A DNA stretch of 64,000 nucleotides from a virus (taxonomy: Duplodnaviria; Heunggongvirae; Uroviricota; Caudoviricetes). The notes under the pieces were generated by a model. It was not told the origin of the DNA. It did no database searches and worked only from the letters and a program-made list of their open reading frames with translations. The position numbers and the translations under genes are program-made. The stretch lies in the IMG/VR virus record IMGVR_UViG_2880372215_000004; one strand, written 5' to 3'. Numbering within the stretch: position 1 is the stretch's first letter; every line of letters starts with the position of its first letter. This document shows, one piece after another, positions 55,213-62,882 of this stretch.

Positions 55213-55560
55213 TTACAGCATGGTCAGGGAGGTCAGCAGCCGCTTAGGCTGTCGCCAGTCGATACCTTCCAGCAGCATCGCCAGCTGCGCCTGCGTAAGG
55301 AACACTTTGCCATCACGGGCTGACGGCCAGGCGAAGCGCCCACGCTCCAGCCGTTTGGTCAGGAGGCACAGTCCGTCACCGGTGGACCACAGCAGTTTAA
55401 CCTGACTGCCGCTGCGGCCCCGGAAAATGAAAACATGGCCGGACATGGGATCGTCTTTCAGCGCCGTTTGTACTTTCGCAGCCAGGCCGTTGAAGCCATT
55501 TCTCATATCGGTGATACCGGCAACCAGCCAAATTTTGGTCCCGGAAGGTAACGGGATCAT
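55213..55560 (-). CDS. tnpB: IS66 accessory protein TnpB, 115 aa
   Basis: [34 protein letters not shown] is the canonical IS66 Orf2. Overlaps tnpA (ATGA). Confidence 0.9.
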   Translation of the reverse strand: MIPLPSGTKIWLVAGITDMRNGFNGLAAKVQTALKDDPMSGHVFIFRGRSGSQVKLLWSTGDGLCLLTKRLERGRFAWPSARDGKVFLTQAQLAMLLEGIDWRQPKRLLTSLTML

Positions 55561-55937
55561 CGCTTCAGTTCCTGTATCAGCAGAGTCAGGAGCTTTTCGC
55601 TGACATTGCCATTGAAGCGGAGCGTCCCGTGCCGGAACGTTACCTCACAGCTGATACTGAGGGTTTCCGGGTCCTCTGCGAGCGATTCTGGCTGTTCGGC
55701 AGCTGCATCGAGAGTCACAGGAAGTAGCTGGGGGCTCTCTGAAGAAGGTAATAGCAGCTTTCCCTCGCGCCATTGTTGTCGCCATTTGAACAACAGATTT
55801 GCGTTAATGCCATTTTCAAGAGCAAGTTTTGAGATGGATATCCCGGGTTCACAGGAGGCAGCAACGAGCTGCTGTTTAAATTCGGGAGGATAATTAGGGC
55901 AGCCTTTTCGCCTGCCGGGAGTCACATTTTTCTGCAT
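55557..55937 (-). CDS. tnpA: IS66 accessory protein TnpA (HTH)
   Basis: MQKNVTPGRRKGCPNYPPEFKQQLVAASCEPGISISKLALENGINANLLFKWRQQW. Start at the internal Met of the tracked ORF. Confidence 0.85.
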   Translation of the reverse strand: MQKNVTPGRRKGCPNYPPEFKQQLVAASCEPGISISKLALENGINANLLFKWRQQWREGKLLLPSSESPQLLPVTLDAAAEQPESLAEDPETLSISCEVTFRHGTLRFNGNVSEKLLTLLIQELKR

Positions 55938-56029
55938 ATCTGATACTTTGGTTCCCACTACTTATTTGGTGGACACCACTTTGTCTAATTCGTCAGATTC
56001 TGACCAGACGGTTCAGGCTGTACGCTTAC

Positions 56030-56884
56030 CTGATGTCTCACCGGCGCTGGTATCGAAGGTCACCGATGCCGTTATGGAGCAGGTAGTCGAATGGCAAAAC
56101 CGGCCACTGGATGCGGTCTATCCCATTGTTTATCTTGACTGTATTGTCCTGAAGGTTCGGCAGGACAGTCGCGTAATCAATAAATCCGTATTCCTCGCAC
56201 TGGGTATCAATATCGAAGGCCAGAAAGAGTTACTGGGTATGTGGCTGGCCGAAAACGAGGGAGCGAAGTTCTGGCTCAATGTGCTGACTGAACTAAAAAA
56301 CCGCGGCCTGAACGATATTCTCATAGCCTGTGTCGACGGGCTGAAAGGCTTCCCGGACGCTATCAACACGGTGTATCCGGAAGCCCGCATCCAGCTGTGC
56401 ATCGTGCATATGGTGCGCAACAGCCTGCGGTTCGTTTCCTGGAAGGACTACAAAGCCGTCACCCGCGACCTGAAAGCCATCTACCAGGCCCCCACAGAAG
56501 AAGCAGGCCAGCAGGCGCTGGAAGCGTTCGCCAGCGCCTGGGACAGTCGCTACCCGCAGATAAGCCGGAGCTGGCAGGCAAACTGGACCAACCTGGCGAT
56601 GTTCTTCGCTTACCCGGCAGATATCCGCAAAGTCATCTACACAACCAACGCCATCGAGTCGCTGAACAGCGTAATCCGGCATGCCATCAAAAAACGCAAG
56701 GTGTTCCCGACGGATGACTCAGTGAAAAAGGTCGTGTGGCTGGCAATCCAGGCGGCTTCACAGAAATGGACGATGCCACTGCGGGACTGGCGTATGGCAA
56801 TGAGCCGCTTTATTATCGAGTTCGGTGACCGCCTGGACGGTCACTTCTGAGAAAAGGCATTTACACAGAATCGTGTACAGGGTC
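56030..56884 (+). mobile_element. IS256-family remnant B: 3' ~855 bp of the element (transposase lacking its N-terminal part), cut by the IS66 element
   Basis: The transposase sequence starts abruptly at ..DVSPALVSKVTDAVMEQVVEWQNRPLDAVYPIVYLDCIVLKVRQD and runs to ...FIIEFGDRLDGHF*. The first 27 codons of the tracked ORF (55948-56029) lie inside the IS66 end and are fortuitous. Confidence 0.8.
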
Positions 56885-56899
56885 GATTTTACTCGTTAA

Positions 56900-57142
56900 T
56901 TAGCGAACAAACCACTCGTCAGCAGACTCCCAGGTATCTTTCAGCGTCTCCTGAACAAAAGTTTTTGCAGAATCTTTATCGGCGGTGCGAGTAACTGAAA
57001 GGCCATCGTTGCTGGTGGATTTGATGATCACTTCTACATCGTCATAACGTTTACTGACACGTCGCAGCATTTCTTGTTGCAGGGCAGGAACAGAACCTTT
57101 TGGCATTTTGTTGATTTTGGCTGCGGGGTATCTGTGGGGCAT
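56900..57142 (-). CDS. DinI-family protein (phage DinI-like), ~80 aa
   Basis: C-terminus [21 protein letters not shown], compared with E. coli DinI ...ILQETWESADDWFVSE. The tracked ORF is longer. Start set at ATG 57142. Confidence 0.7.
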   Translation of the reverse strand: MPHRYPAAKINKMPKGSVPALQQEMLRRVSKRYDDVEVIIKSTSNDGLSVTRTADKDSAKTFVQETLKDTWESADEWFVR

Positions 57143-57319
57143 ATATGGGACATAAAAAGGCCTCAAATAAACAGCAAAATCGAGATTAGGGATTTTTAGA
57201 AAAAATACAACCATCTGAAAAAACTTAGAAAACACCCAAAAACCCACAGAATAGTAAAAAACATCTATGAATTATGGATTTCAAGAGTCATTCAATCTAA
57301 CTAATTGATAAATAAAAAA

Positions 57320-57871
57320 TTAACTTTTCATCGCTTCGTTATGGGGCATGGTTGGGGCAAACTCGCTTAACTGTGTATTTAACAGCGTTACCTGCGCATT
57401 ATTATTTTCTGACATCCATTTCCCGTACACCTGAAACACCATTTGCGCATCTGCATGGCCCATCTGGTTTGCAATGAATGCCGGGTTAGCTCCTGCTGTT
57501 AACGACCAGCAGGCATAAGTGTGTCTCGACTGATACGATTTGCGATGGCGGATTCCGGCACGCTTTACCGCTGCGTCCCACATCTGCCTTATTGAGTCAA
57601 CGGTAAAATGGTCGCCATAATTTTTTACTTTCGCTGACACTTCAGGTTGAAAAACAAAGGTACATTTTTGTTTCTCTGTTCTGCCGAATTCTCTGAGGTG
57701 AACATCGATGATATGCTCTTTGCTCAGTCTCGTTAGTGCCATCTGACTCCGGAGAGCGTCGATTGCGGGCTTAATAAGGTGAATCACACGATTGGTTCCC
57801 GCCTGTGTTTTTGGTACTGTAAAACGGTCTTTTGCCAGATTTCTTCTGATTATCATTCTGCCATTGCGCAA
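57320..57871 (-). pseudogene. Integrase C-terminal fragment (5'-truncated)
   Basis: Collinear with the C-terminal 175 aa of the integrase at 1-1236 (IRRNL...TQAGTNRVIHL...HTYACWSLTAGANPAFIANQMGHADAQMVFQVYGKW). The N-terminal ~230 aa are missing. Confidence 0.85.
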
Positions 57872-59097
57872 GATGGTTGCGGTTTTTCTTCATCATTTTC
57901 TTCTTCTGTTTCCTGCTTAGCAGACAGTTCGCGGTTAACTTCTTCCAGGATATCTTTTTCCGGTGTATGTCGTGCAGCAGTGAGAGTTTCCTTGCTGGGG
58001 TTCTCGTGATCAGTCTCCGTTAAGTAGGCGTTGATATACCCCTGAAGGCGTCCCGGGTAGTGATAAAACTCAGGGTGAGCGCTCCGGATAAGTGCAAAAA
58101 TAGCGGCGCGGGAATAGTCCAGAATACCCGGGGTTGCGCGAAGTGCTGCGGACCATTCTTTGAACGGACTTTCTCTTTTCAGGACGATTTCTTTTGCGCG
58201 ACGATAAACGCTGCCCGGAATTTCATAAATATTAAAATCCATCGGAAGTGTGGCTGCTGCAATCTCCACATCCAGCGTATCGAAGGTGTGTACTAAATTC
58301 GGATTGCGATCGGTTTTGTTCCCGCCACCGGCATTTGCACCGGAAGCCGTACGGGTGATACGCGAAACACGATTTCCTTTCATCCACTCTTTTGTCAGCA
58401 GACCCCGATCAGTGTAGTCAGCGTCCAGGTATGCCTCGAAAAAAGCAGTTATCAGTCCCAGGTCTGAATTACCGGGATTAGGGAAAACTTTGTCAGTGTC
58501 GCGTACCAGTTTGTGAAGGTCGCGAATCTCCAGCGGGTCGAGCAGCTTTGTTTTGTGAGAAATGGCCAAGGCAGTAACAGCCGGCAGTTCTTCCGCCCGT
58601 GCTATATGTAATGCCTGAAGTTCTTCCCGTGCAACGTGCGTTACTGGTTTTTCGCTGCCGTGTTGCGCAAGCCAGCGAATGGGCAGCTCCTGACCAGAAA
58701 CCGGCAGGAGCATATTCTCCTCAATCTCCGTCATGTCTTCGCCGTTGACGTTGGTATTGTCAGTACTGGCTGGTTTCTCCTGCACGGAGGGAGAGGGCGC
58801 GATAAATACCATTGTAATGCCATCTTCCCCGCCTTTTTCGTATCGGTTGCAGAATTCGGTATCAAACACGCCTTCAGGTGGAAGGTCATTCACAACGGGT
58901 AAATGGACGCGAACGGGTTTTTTAAAGTCGTCTTCATCATAATCGTTGTCATCCATTGCGGTAATGCAGCGGGAGATGGCAACAGATAATTTTTTTGCTG
59001 TAGTCCAGTAAAAACCACCTTTAATTCCCAGACGTTTTCTGACTTTGTCATTTTTTGCTTCGCAATATAGCGCAAATTCTTCTTTATCAGTGCTCAT
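57853..59097 (-). CDS. RecE N-terminal-region protein (YdfE-like truncated exonuclease VIII), 414 aa
   Basis: Residues ~110-260 are near-identical to RecE of prophage 1 ([39 protein letters not shown]...). Homology ends at DEEKPQPS and the nuclease domain is absent. The 3' end abuts the int fragment. Confidence 0.8.
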   Translation of the reverse strand: MSTDKEEFALYCEAKNDKVRKRLGIKGGFYWTTAKKLSVAISRCITAMDDNDYDEDDFKKPVRVHLPVVNDLPPEGVFDTEFCNRYEKGGEDGITMVFIAPSPSVQEKPASTDNTNVNGEDMTEIEENMLLPVSGQELPIRWLAQHGSEKPVTHVAREELQALHIARAEELPAVTALAISHKTKLLDPLEIRDLHKLVRDTDKVFPNPGNSDLGLITAFFEAYLDADYTDRGLLTKEWMKGNRVSRITRTASGANAGGGNKTDRNPNLVHTFDTLDVEIAAATLPMDFNIYEIPGSVYRRAKEIVLKRESPFKEWSAALRATPGILDYSRAAIFALIRSAHPEFYHYPGRLQGYINAYLTETDHENPSKETLTAARHTPEKDILEEVNRELSAKQETEEENDEEKPQPSCAMAE

Positions 59098-59189
59098 TGA
59101 TAAACCTCATTACAGATTTAAGGGTGAACAAATCCCTGCCATTGCTGGCATTTTTAATCCGTTGGTATGGTGTTAATATGGCTGGAGGG

Positions 59190-59378
59190 TTATCCAGCCG
59201 GTGTTTCGTTATTCAGGTACAGCGATACTTTTTTTACCGGGAGGCATTCACCAGAAATTTTTTGCTCGTCTCTTGCCTGGAGGCAGGATTCTTTACTGGC
59301 ATAAATTCCGGTAATCACATTCTGTGATTCACCCGTTATAAGAAAAACCGTCATCATCAGTGCAAATGCTGAAGTCAT
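59190..59378 (-). CDS. ydfD: YdfD-like small lysis/membrane protein, 62 aa
   Basis: MTSAFALMMTVFLITGE...EQKISGECLPVKKV...PAG resembles Qin YdfD from memory. Lies immediately downstream of dicB, as in Qin. Confidence 0.55.
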   Translation of the reverse strand: MTSAFALMMTVFLITGESQNVITGIYASKESCLQARDEQKISGECLPVKKVSLYLNNETPAG

Positions 59379-59563
59379 TGACGTTCTCCGAAAATACCAA
59401 GTTCAAGAAGAGCAATTCGGGAAAGTATGGAATTATCATTGAGCAGATAAGGCTCATATTTCCTCATGTTAATGGCATCTTCAGTAAACTCCCGGTTACT
59501 GAGCAGAACACCAATATCAAAACAACCTTCAGACGTATTAACGTTTGGTAATAACGTTTCCAT
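59375..59563 (-). CDS. dicB: Cell-division inhibitor DicB, 62 aa
   Basis: METLLPNVNTSEGCFDIGVLLSNREFTEDAINMRK. The N-terminal 30 aa closely match K-12 DicB from memory. Start at the internal Met of the tracked ORF. Confidence 0.8.
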   Translation of the reverse strand: METLLPNVNTSEGCFDIGVLLSNREFTEDAINMRKYEPYLLNDNSILSRIALLELGIFGERQ

Positions 59564-59731
59564 TATCGCGTCCTCAACAATGAATTTTGTGATGCAGTGC
59601 CTGGTGCCTCCAGGTGACGTTAACCAGTTAACAATTAACGCCGGATACAGAGAATCCACCCATAACACTGTTTTTGGTTTTAACTGTTCCGCGTGCGCTT
59701 AGCCGCATTCACCGCATCACAAAATTCACTT

Positions 59732-59789
59732 TAAAAAGGGCGGCAGAGCAGCCACGGAGTAAAACTGATACCGCCAAACGTCACCAGAA
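59732..59789 (-). ncRNA. dicF: DicF sRNA
   Basis: The minus strand reads TTTCTGGTGACGTTTGGCGGTATCAGTTTTACTCCGTGGCTGCTCTGCCGCCCTTTTT. This is nearly identical to K-12 DicF from memory, and it is followed by the conserved spacer and dicB. Confidence 0.85.
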
Positions 59790-60337
59790 AATTGATAACA
59801 GAGGGCGTTGCAGCGGGGTTGTCACTTAAGCGTATGGTCAACCTGACAACCCGGTGTCCTCAATGGGGAAGGAATAACCCCGCCATACTTACCGCCGCGC
59901 CATTTCGCGGAGTGCCACAACCGGAAGCGCACGTTCGAAGAAATCTAACGACAAGCCTTCTAAGGGAAAGAGCTTCGCCGTACGCTTTCGCGTTATGCAC
60001 TGACTTTTCAGGGAAATATCCTTTCAGTAAACTGTCAGTACCGGATTCTTATCCGTGTCCGGCGCACGACCACACGTGACAGCGTGTTGGTCTCCATTTT
60101 TAACCCAGAACCTCAATGGAGGATAAAATGCCAAACAAAAAAAGAAATCCGCTTATTGAAAAACAGATTGAATGCCTGGTAAATCAACTCAGGCAATCAG
60201 GGTTATTAAAAACTCATTCAGAGTTGAGGCTCACAGAATCAGCATTCGACGATAAATTAAATAATGTCCTTTATAATGGCATTATTGATTTTAATCGTTC
60301 TGTTGGTCGCCGCGGCCCTGCTGGTGTTTCCTTATAA

Positions 60338-60988
60338 TTACCAGTCAATCCAGAGTGGACCGTGTTCAGCGTAAATATAACTGTACACATCCAGATTATA
60401 TTTGTGGTCTGTTAAGAACAGGCCGCAAATACATGCCGAAGCTTCCAGTGCAGCGGCTCTGTTACTGAATAACCATGTAGCAACATTCCAGCGTTTTTCT
60501 GCATCCCAGTCTTTCTCAAGGCCTGATACCATGAAGAAACCGTTAGTGTTGCCATCAAATAATTCTGTTTCCAAATTTTTAAGCAATGCCTGATGGACTC
60601 TTGCCAGGTATTCCGCCGGAATTTCGCCACGAATTCTGATGAGATTGTCATAAACAAACATGTTCCCCGCATATGGCGATTTTTCTTTCTTGTTTTTTAA
60701 ACCAGCATCATGAGCAAACTGATCAATTTCTTCTTCCGTTGGTTTCGTATTGATGTTTTGCGCTGTCGTTTCTGCAATTTTATTTGCCACACTCTCTGAG
60801 TCGTGTTTATTTATAGACGCACAGAAATACAATCCGGTAAACGCATCGCGCACATTACGAGCCATATTATCAGTGTCTTTTTTCGTTACCGATTCCAATT
60901 CAAGTTCGTTCAGACGATGACGAAGTGTGTGTGCTGCAATCTCCTGGATTGAAGGAGGTAAATCTTTAAATTCCATCGTCAACCTCAT
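60338..60988 (-). CDS. Unknown 216-aa (or 212-aa) protein in the leftward early operon
   Basis: The start overlaps the stop of the ydaF-like gene (TGATG). No motif recognised. Occupies the slot where prophage 1 has sieB. Confidence 0.6.
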   Translation of the reverse strand: MRLTMEFKDLPPSIQEIAAHTLRHRLNELELESVTKKDTDNMARNVRDAFTGLYFCASINKHDSESVANKIAETTAQNINTKPTEEEIDQFAHDAGLKNKKEKSPYAGNMFVYDNLIRIRGEIPAEYLARVHQALLKNLETELFDGNTNGFFMVSGLEKDWDAEKRWNVATWLFSNRAAALEASACICGLFLTDHKYNLDVYSYIYAEHGPLWIDW

Positions 60989-61140
60989 CAGTCAGTGTTT
61001 CTGGCTAACCAGCGACGCGCGCCAGCTTCAGTTTTAAACGTTTTGCTTTTGGTATACGTCATCGCGGTGAACGTACCGTCCTGGTTGGGGAACACGCCAC
61101 ATACCAGAGATTCGTTGTTGCCAAGATTGAGCGTATCCAT
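60988..61140 (-). CDS. YdaF-like DUF1391 protein, 50 aa
   Basis: MDTLNLGNNESLVCGVFPNQDGTFTAMTYTKSKTFKTEAGARRWLARNTD*, a paralogue of 7156-7311. Confidence 0.65.
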   Translation of the reverse strand: MDTLNLGNNESLVCGVFPNQDGTFTAMTYTKSKTFKTEAGARRWLARNTD

Positions 61141-61432
61141 GTTGACCTCATTTCCCCTTAACGCCGGGGTAGCGGAACAAAAACCTGCTGCATAGTTATT
61201 AAAGTTGAACCCTGCCGTCATGTTCTTACGCCTCGGGCTGGCTACTTAACCCCTGACCACTGCCTGGTAACTCGAAGTATTGCCCTGCATTCTGTGGGGC
61301 GGGGTGAGGGAATGAATGAAGTTTAGAAAAACGAACATTTAAGGTCAATGTTTTTTTATCAAAACATTTTAAGCAGGCAGCTGTTACGCCATCACTACGA
61401 TGGCATACAGTTAATCAAATAGATGAGGTTGG

Positions 61433-62071
61433 TTAAATATCTTGTTGAATTTTAAAGCATACTCCCAATATGCAAGATAGATCATCCAGCATAATTGAAG
61501 GGTAGCGAGGATTCGTGGGGACTAAAAGAATATCCGGCCCTTCTATCTCCAGTTTGCGAATGACAGGCGTTGTGGTCCCTTTGGGTAAGGCAAGGACAAT
61601 ATTTCCTGGTTGTACGATTCGATCGGGATCAACAAAAACTGTTGAACCATTTGGGATGGAAACTCCACCACCAGATGTCGACATACTGTCACTCTCTAGA
61701 ACAACAGCAAAGGTATTGGCCGGGATTTCTCCGACAAGCTGCACACAAGAGGTTATTGAGGAATTTTTCATATAATCACTCCAGCTTGCTGCCTGCTGAA
61801 GTGATAGTAGCGGAACCGTTTTTATCGGCGGTAAAGATAGATCAAGCGAATCACCTGTATTTAACTCTCCTCCATTAAGAAGCCAATTTTCGTTTACTTT
61901 CAATATCTTTGCCAGTGAACTTATGTAACGCGAGGACGGCGCTCCTCCACCGTTCATCCATTGACTTACGGAGCCTTTTGATGCGCCAGTGGCATTGACA
62001 AGGTCTTTGCCTTTCAAGTTTAGCGCATGCATACGTTGGGTTATGCGTTCAGATATTGTTTGCTTGTTCAT
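61433..62071 (-). CDS. cI: CI-type repressor (HTH XRE plus S24 LexA-like peptidase), 212 aa
   Basis: N-terminal HTH LKGKDLVNATGASKGSVSQWMNG. The C-terminal S24 fold carries a Ser...Lys pattern (VLESDSMS...VIRKLEI). Divergent from a cro-like gene. Confidence 0.85.
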   Translation of the reverse strand: MNKQTISERITQRMHALNLKGKDLVNATGASKGSVSQWMNGGGAPSSRYISSLAKILKVNENWLLNGGELNTGDSLDLSLPPIKTVPLLSLQQAASWSDYMKNSSITSCVQLVGEIPANTFAVVLESDSMSTSGGGVSIPNGSTVFVDPDRIVQPGNIVLALPKGTTTPVIRKLEIEGPDILLVPTNPRYPSIMLDDLSCILGVCFKIQQDI

Positions 62072-62162
62072 GTTTTGATTTTAAAACACAGATGGTTTTG
62101 TTTCTTGACTTTCTTTGGTTTTGATTATTAAACTTTTGGCGTTCAGTTTTATGGAGCGACTC

Positions 62163-62405
62163 ATGAAAAAATCAGAAGTATTAGGCTATTTTGGCGGAGT
62201 TGTTAAAACAGCCGCCGCTCTAGGAACGTCAAAAACCACAGTCAGCATGTGGGGGGAAGACGTTCCGTGGAAATGGGCGTTGCTAATTCAGGCAGTCACT
62301 GCCGGGGCGCTCAAATATGAGTTACACATACCGACGGTTGTCATTCCCGATTCTGATCATAATCCGCCTTCTAACCAAGGGGGGATTCATGAAAATCAAG
62401 CATGA
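62163..62405 (+). CDS. cro: Cro-like regulator, 80 aa
   Basis: GGAG lies 7 nt before ATG 62163. MKKSEVLGYFGGVVKTAAALGTSKTTVSMWGEDVPWKWALLIQ (Cro/YdaS type). Confidence 0.7.
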   Translation: MKKSEVLGYFGGVVKTAAALGTSKTTVSMWGEDVPWKWALLIQAVTAGALKYELHIPTVVIPDSDHNPPSNQGGIHENQA

Positions 62406-62814
62406 ACACATCCGCATGGCGATGAATGCCTGGGCGCGTCCTGATGGCGAAAAAGTTCCGGCAGCTGGAATAACCCAGGCTTATTTTGAGTTGGGTATGA
62501 CGTTTCCTGAACTGTACGACGACAGCCATCCGGAAGCCCTGGCTCGCAATACCCAGAAAATTTTCCGCTGGATAGAGAAAGACACCCCTGATGCAGTTGA
62601 AAAAATGCAGGCTCTGTTACCGGCGATCGAAAAGGCAATGCCGCCTCTGCTGGTGGCCCGTATGCGCAGTCACAGCTCTGAATATTACCGTGAGATCGTC
62701 GAACGGAGGGATCGGCTGGTGAAAGATGTGGATGATTTTGTCGCAGCGGCGATCGCCTGGGGCACCCTGACTAACAGTGGGGGTCAGCCTGGTAATGCTG
62801 TTGTCGTGCATTGA
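62389..62814 (+). CDS. YdaT/CII-like protein, 141 aa
   Basis: MKIKHEHIRMAMNAWARPDG... ending NAVVVH. Both termini parallel YdaT at 8494-8916. Confidence 0.7.
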   Translation: MKIKHEHIRMAMNAWARPDGEKVPAAGITQAYFELGMTFPELYDDSHPEALARNTQKIFRWIEKDTPDAVEKMQALLPAIEKAMPPLLVARMRSHSSEYYREIVERRDRLVKDVDDFVAAAIAWGTLTNSGGQPGNAVVVH

Positions 62815-62882
62815 CCAACAATATTCATGCCGGATTTCTTCCGGATGTTCGAGGGTAAAGTTCGGTATCAGAAGAGGTGAGT

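Larger units (their letters stand above)
53588..56029 (-). mobile_element. IS66-family element (ISEc8-like), 2442 bp, intact, no target-site duplication
   Basis: Terminal inverted repeats GTAAGCGTACAGC (53588-53600) and GCTGTACGCTTAC (56017-56029). Three-ORF tnpA-tnpB-tnpC organisation. The flanking 8-mers GTTTTTCG and CTGATGTC differ. Confidence 0.9.

Noticed and set aside
55948-56029. N-terminal 27 codons of the tracked ORF 55948-56850
   Set aside because: This part lies within the IS66 terminal region and is fused by chance to the truncated IS256-family transposase frame. It is not a genuine start.
59792-60115. Expected ydfA/ydfB/ydfC homologues upstream of dicF (minus strand), and the tracked + ORF 59792-60079
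   Set aside because: Hand translation of the minus strand gave only very short ORFs (e.g. a 20-aa METNTLSRVVVRRTRIRIRY). The + ORF is Arg/Pro-rich with no support. The region was left unannotated.
60264-60374. 36-codon hydrophobic ORF (MSFIMALLILIVLLVAAALLVFPYNYQSIQSGPCSA), considered as a type I toxin
   Set aside because: It has no obvious RBS or antisense-RNA partner. It overlaps both the 70-codon + ORF and the 3' end of the 216-aa gene. I could not distinguish it from chance in AT-rich DNA, so it is only a low-priority candidate.
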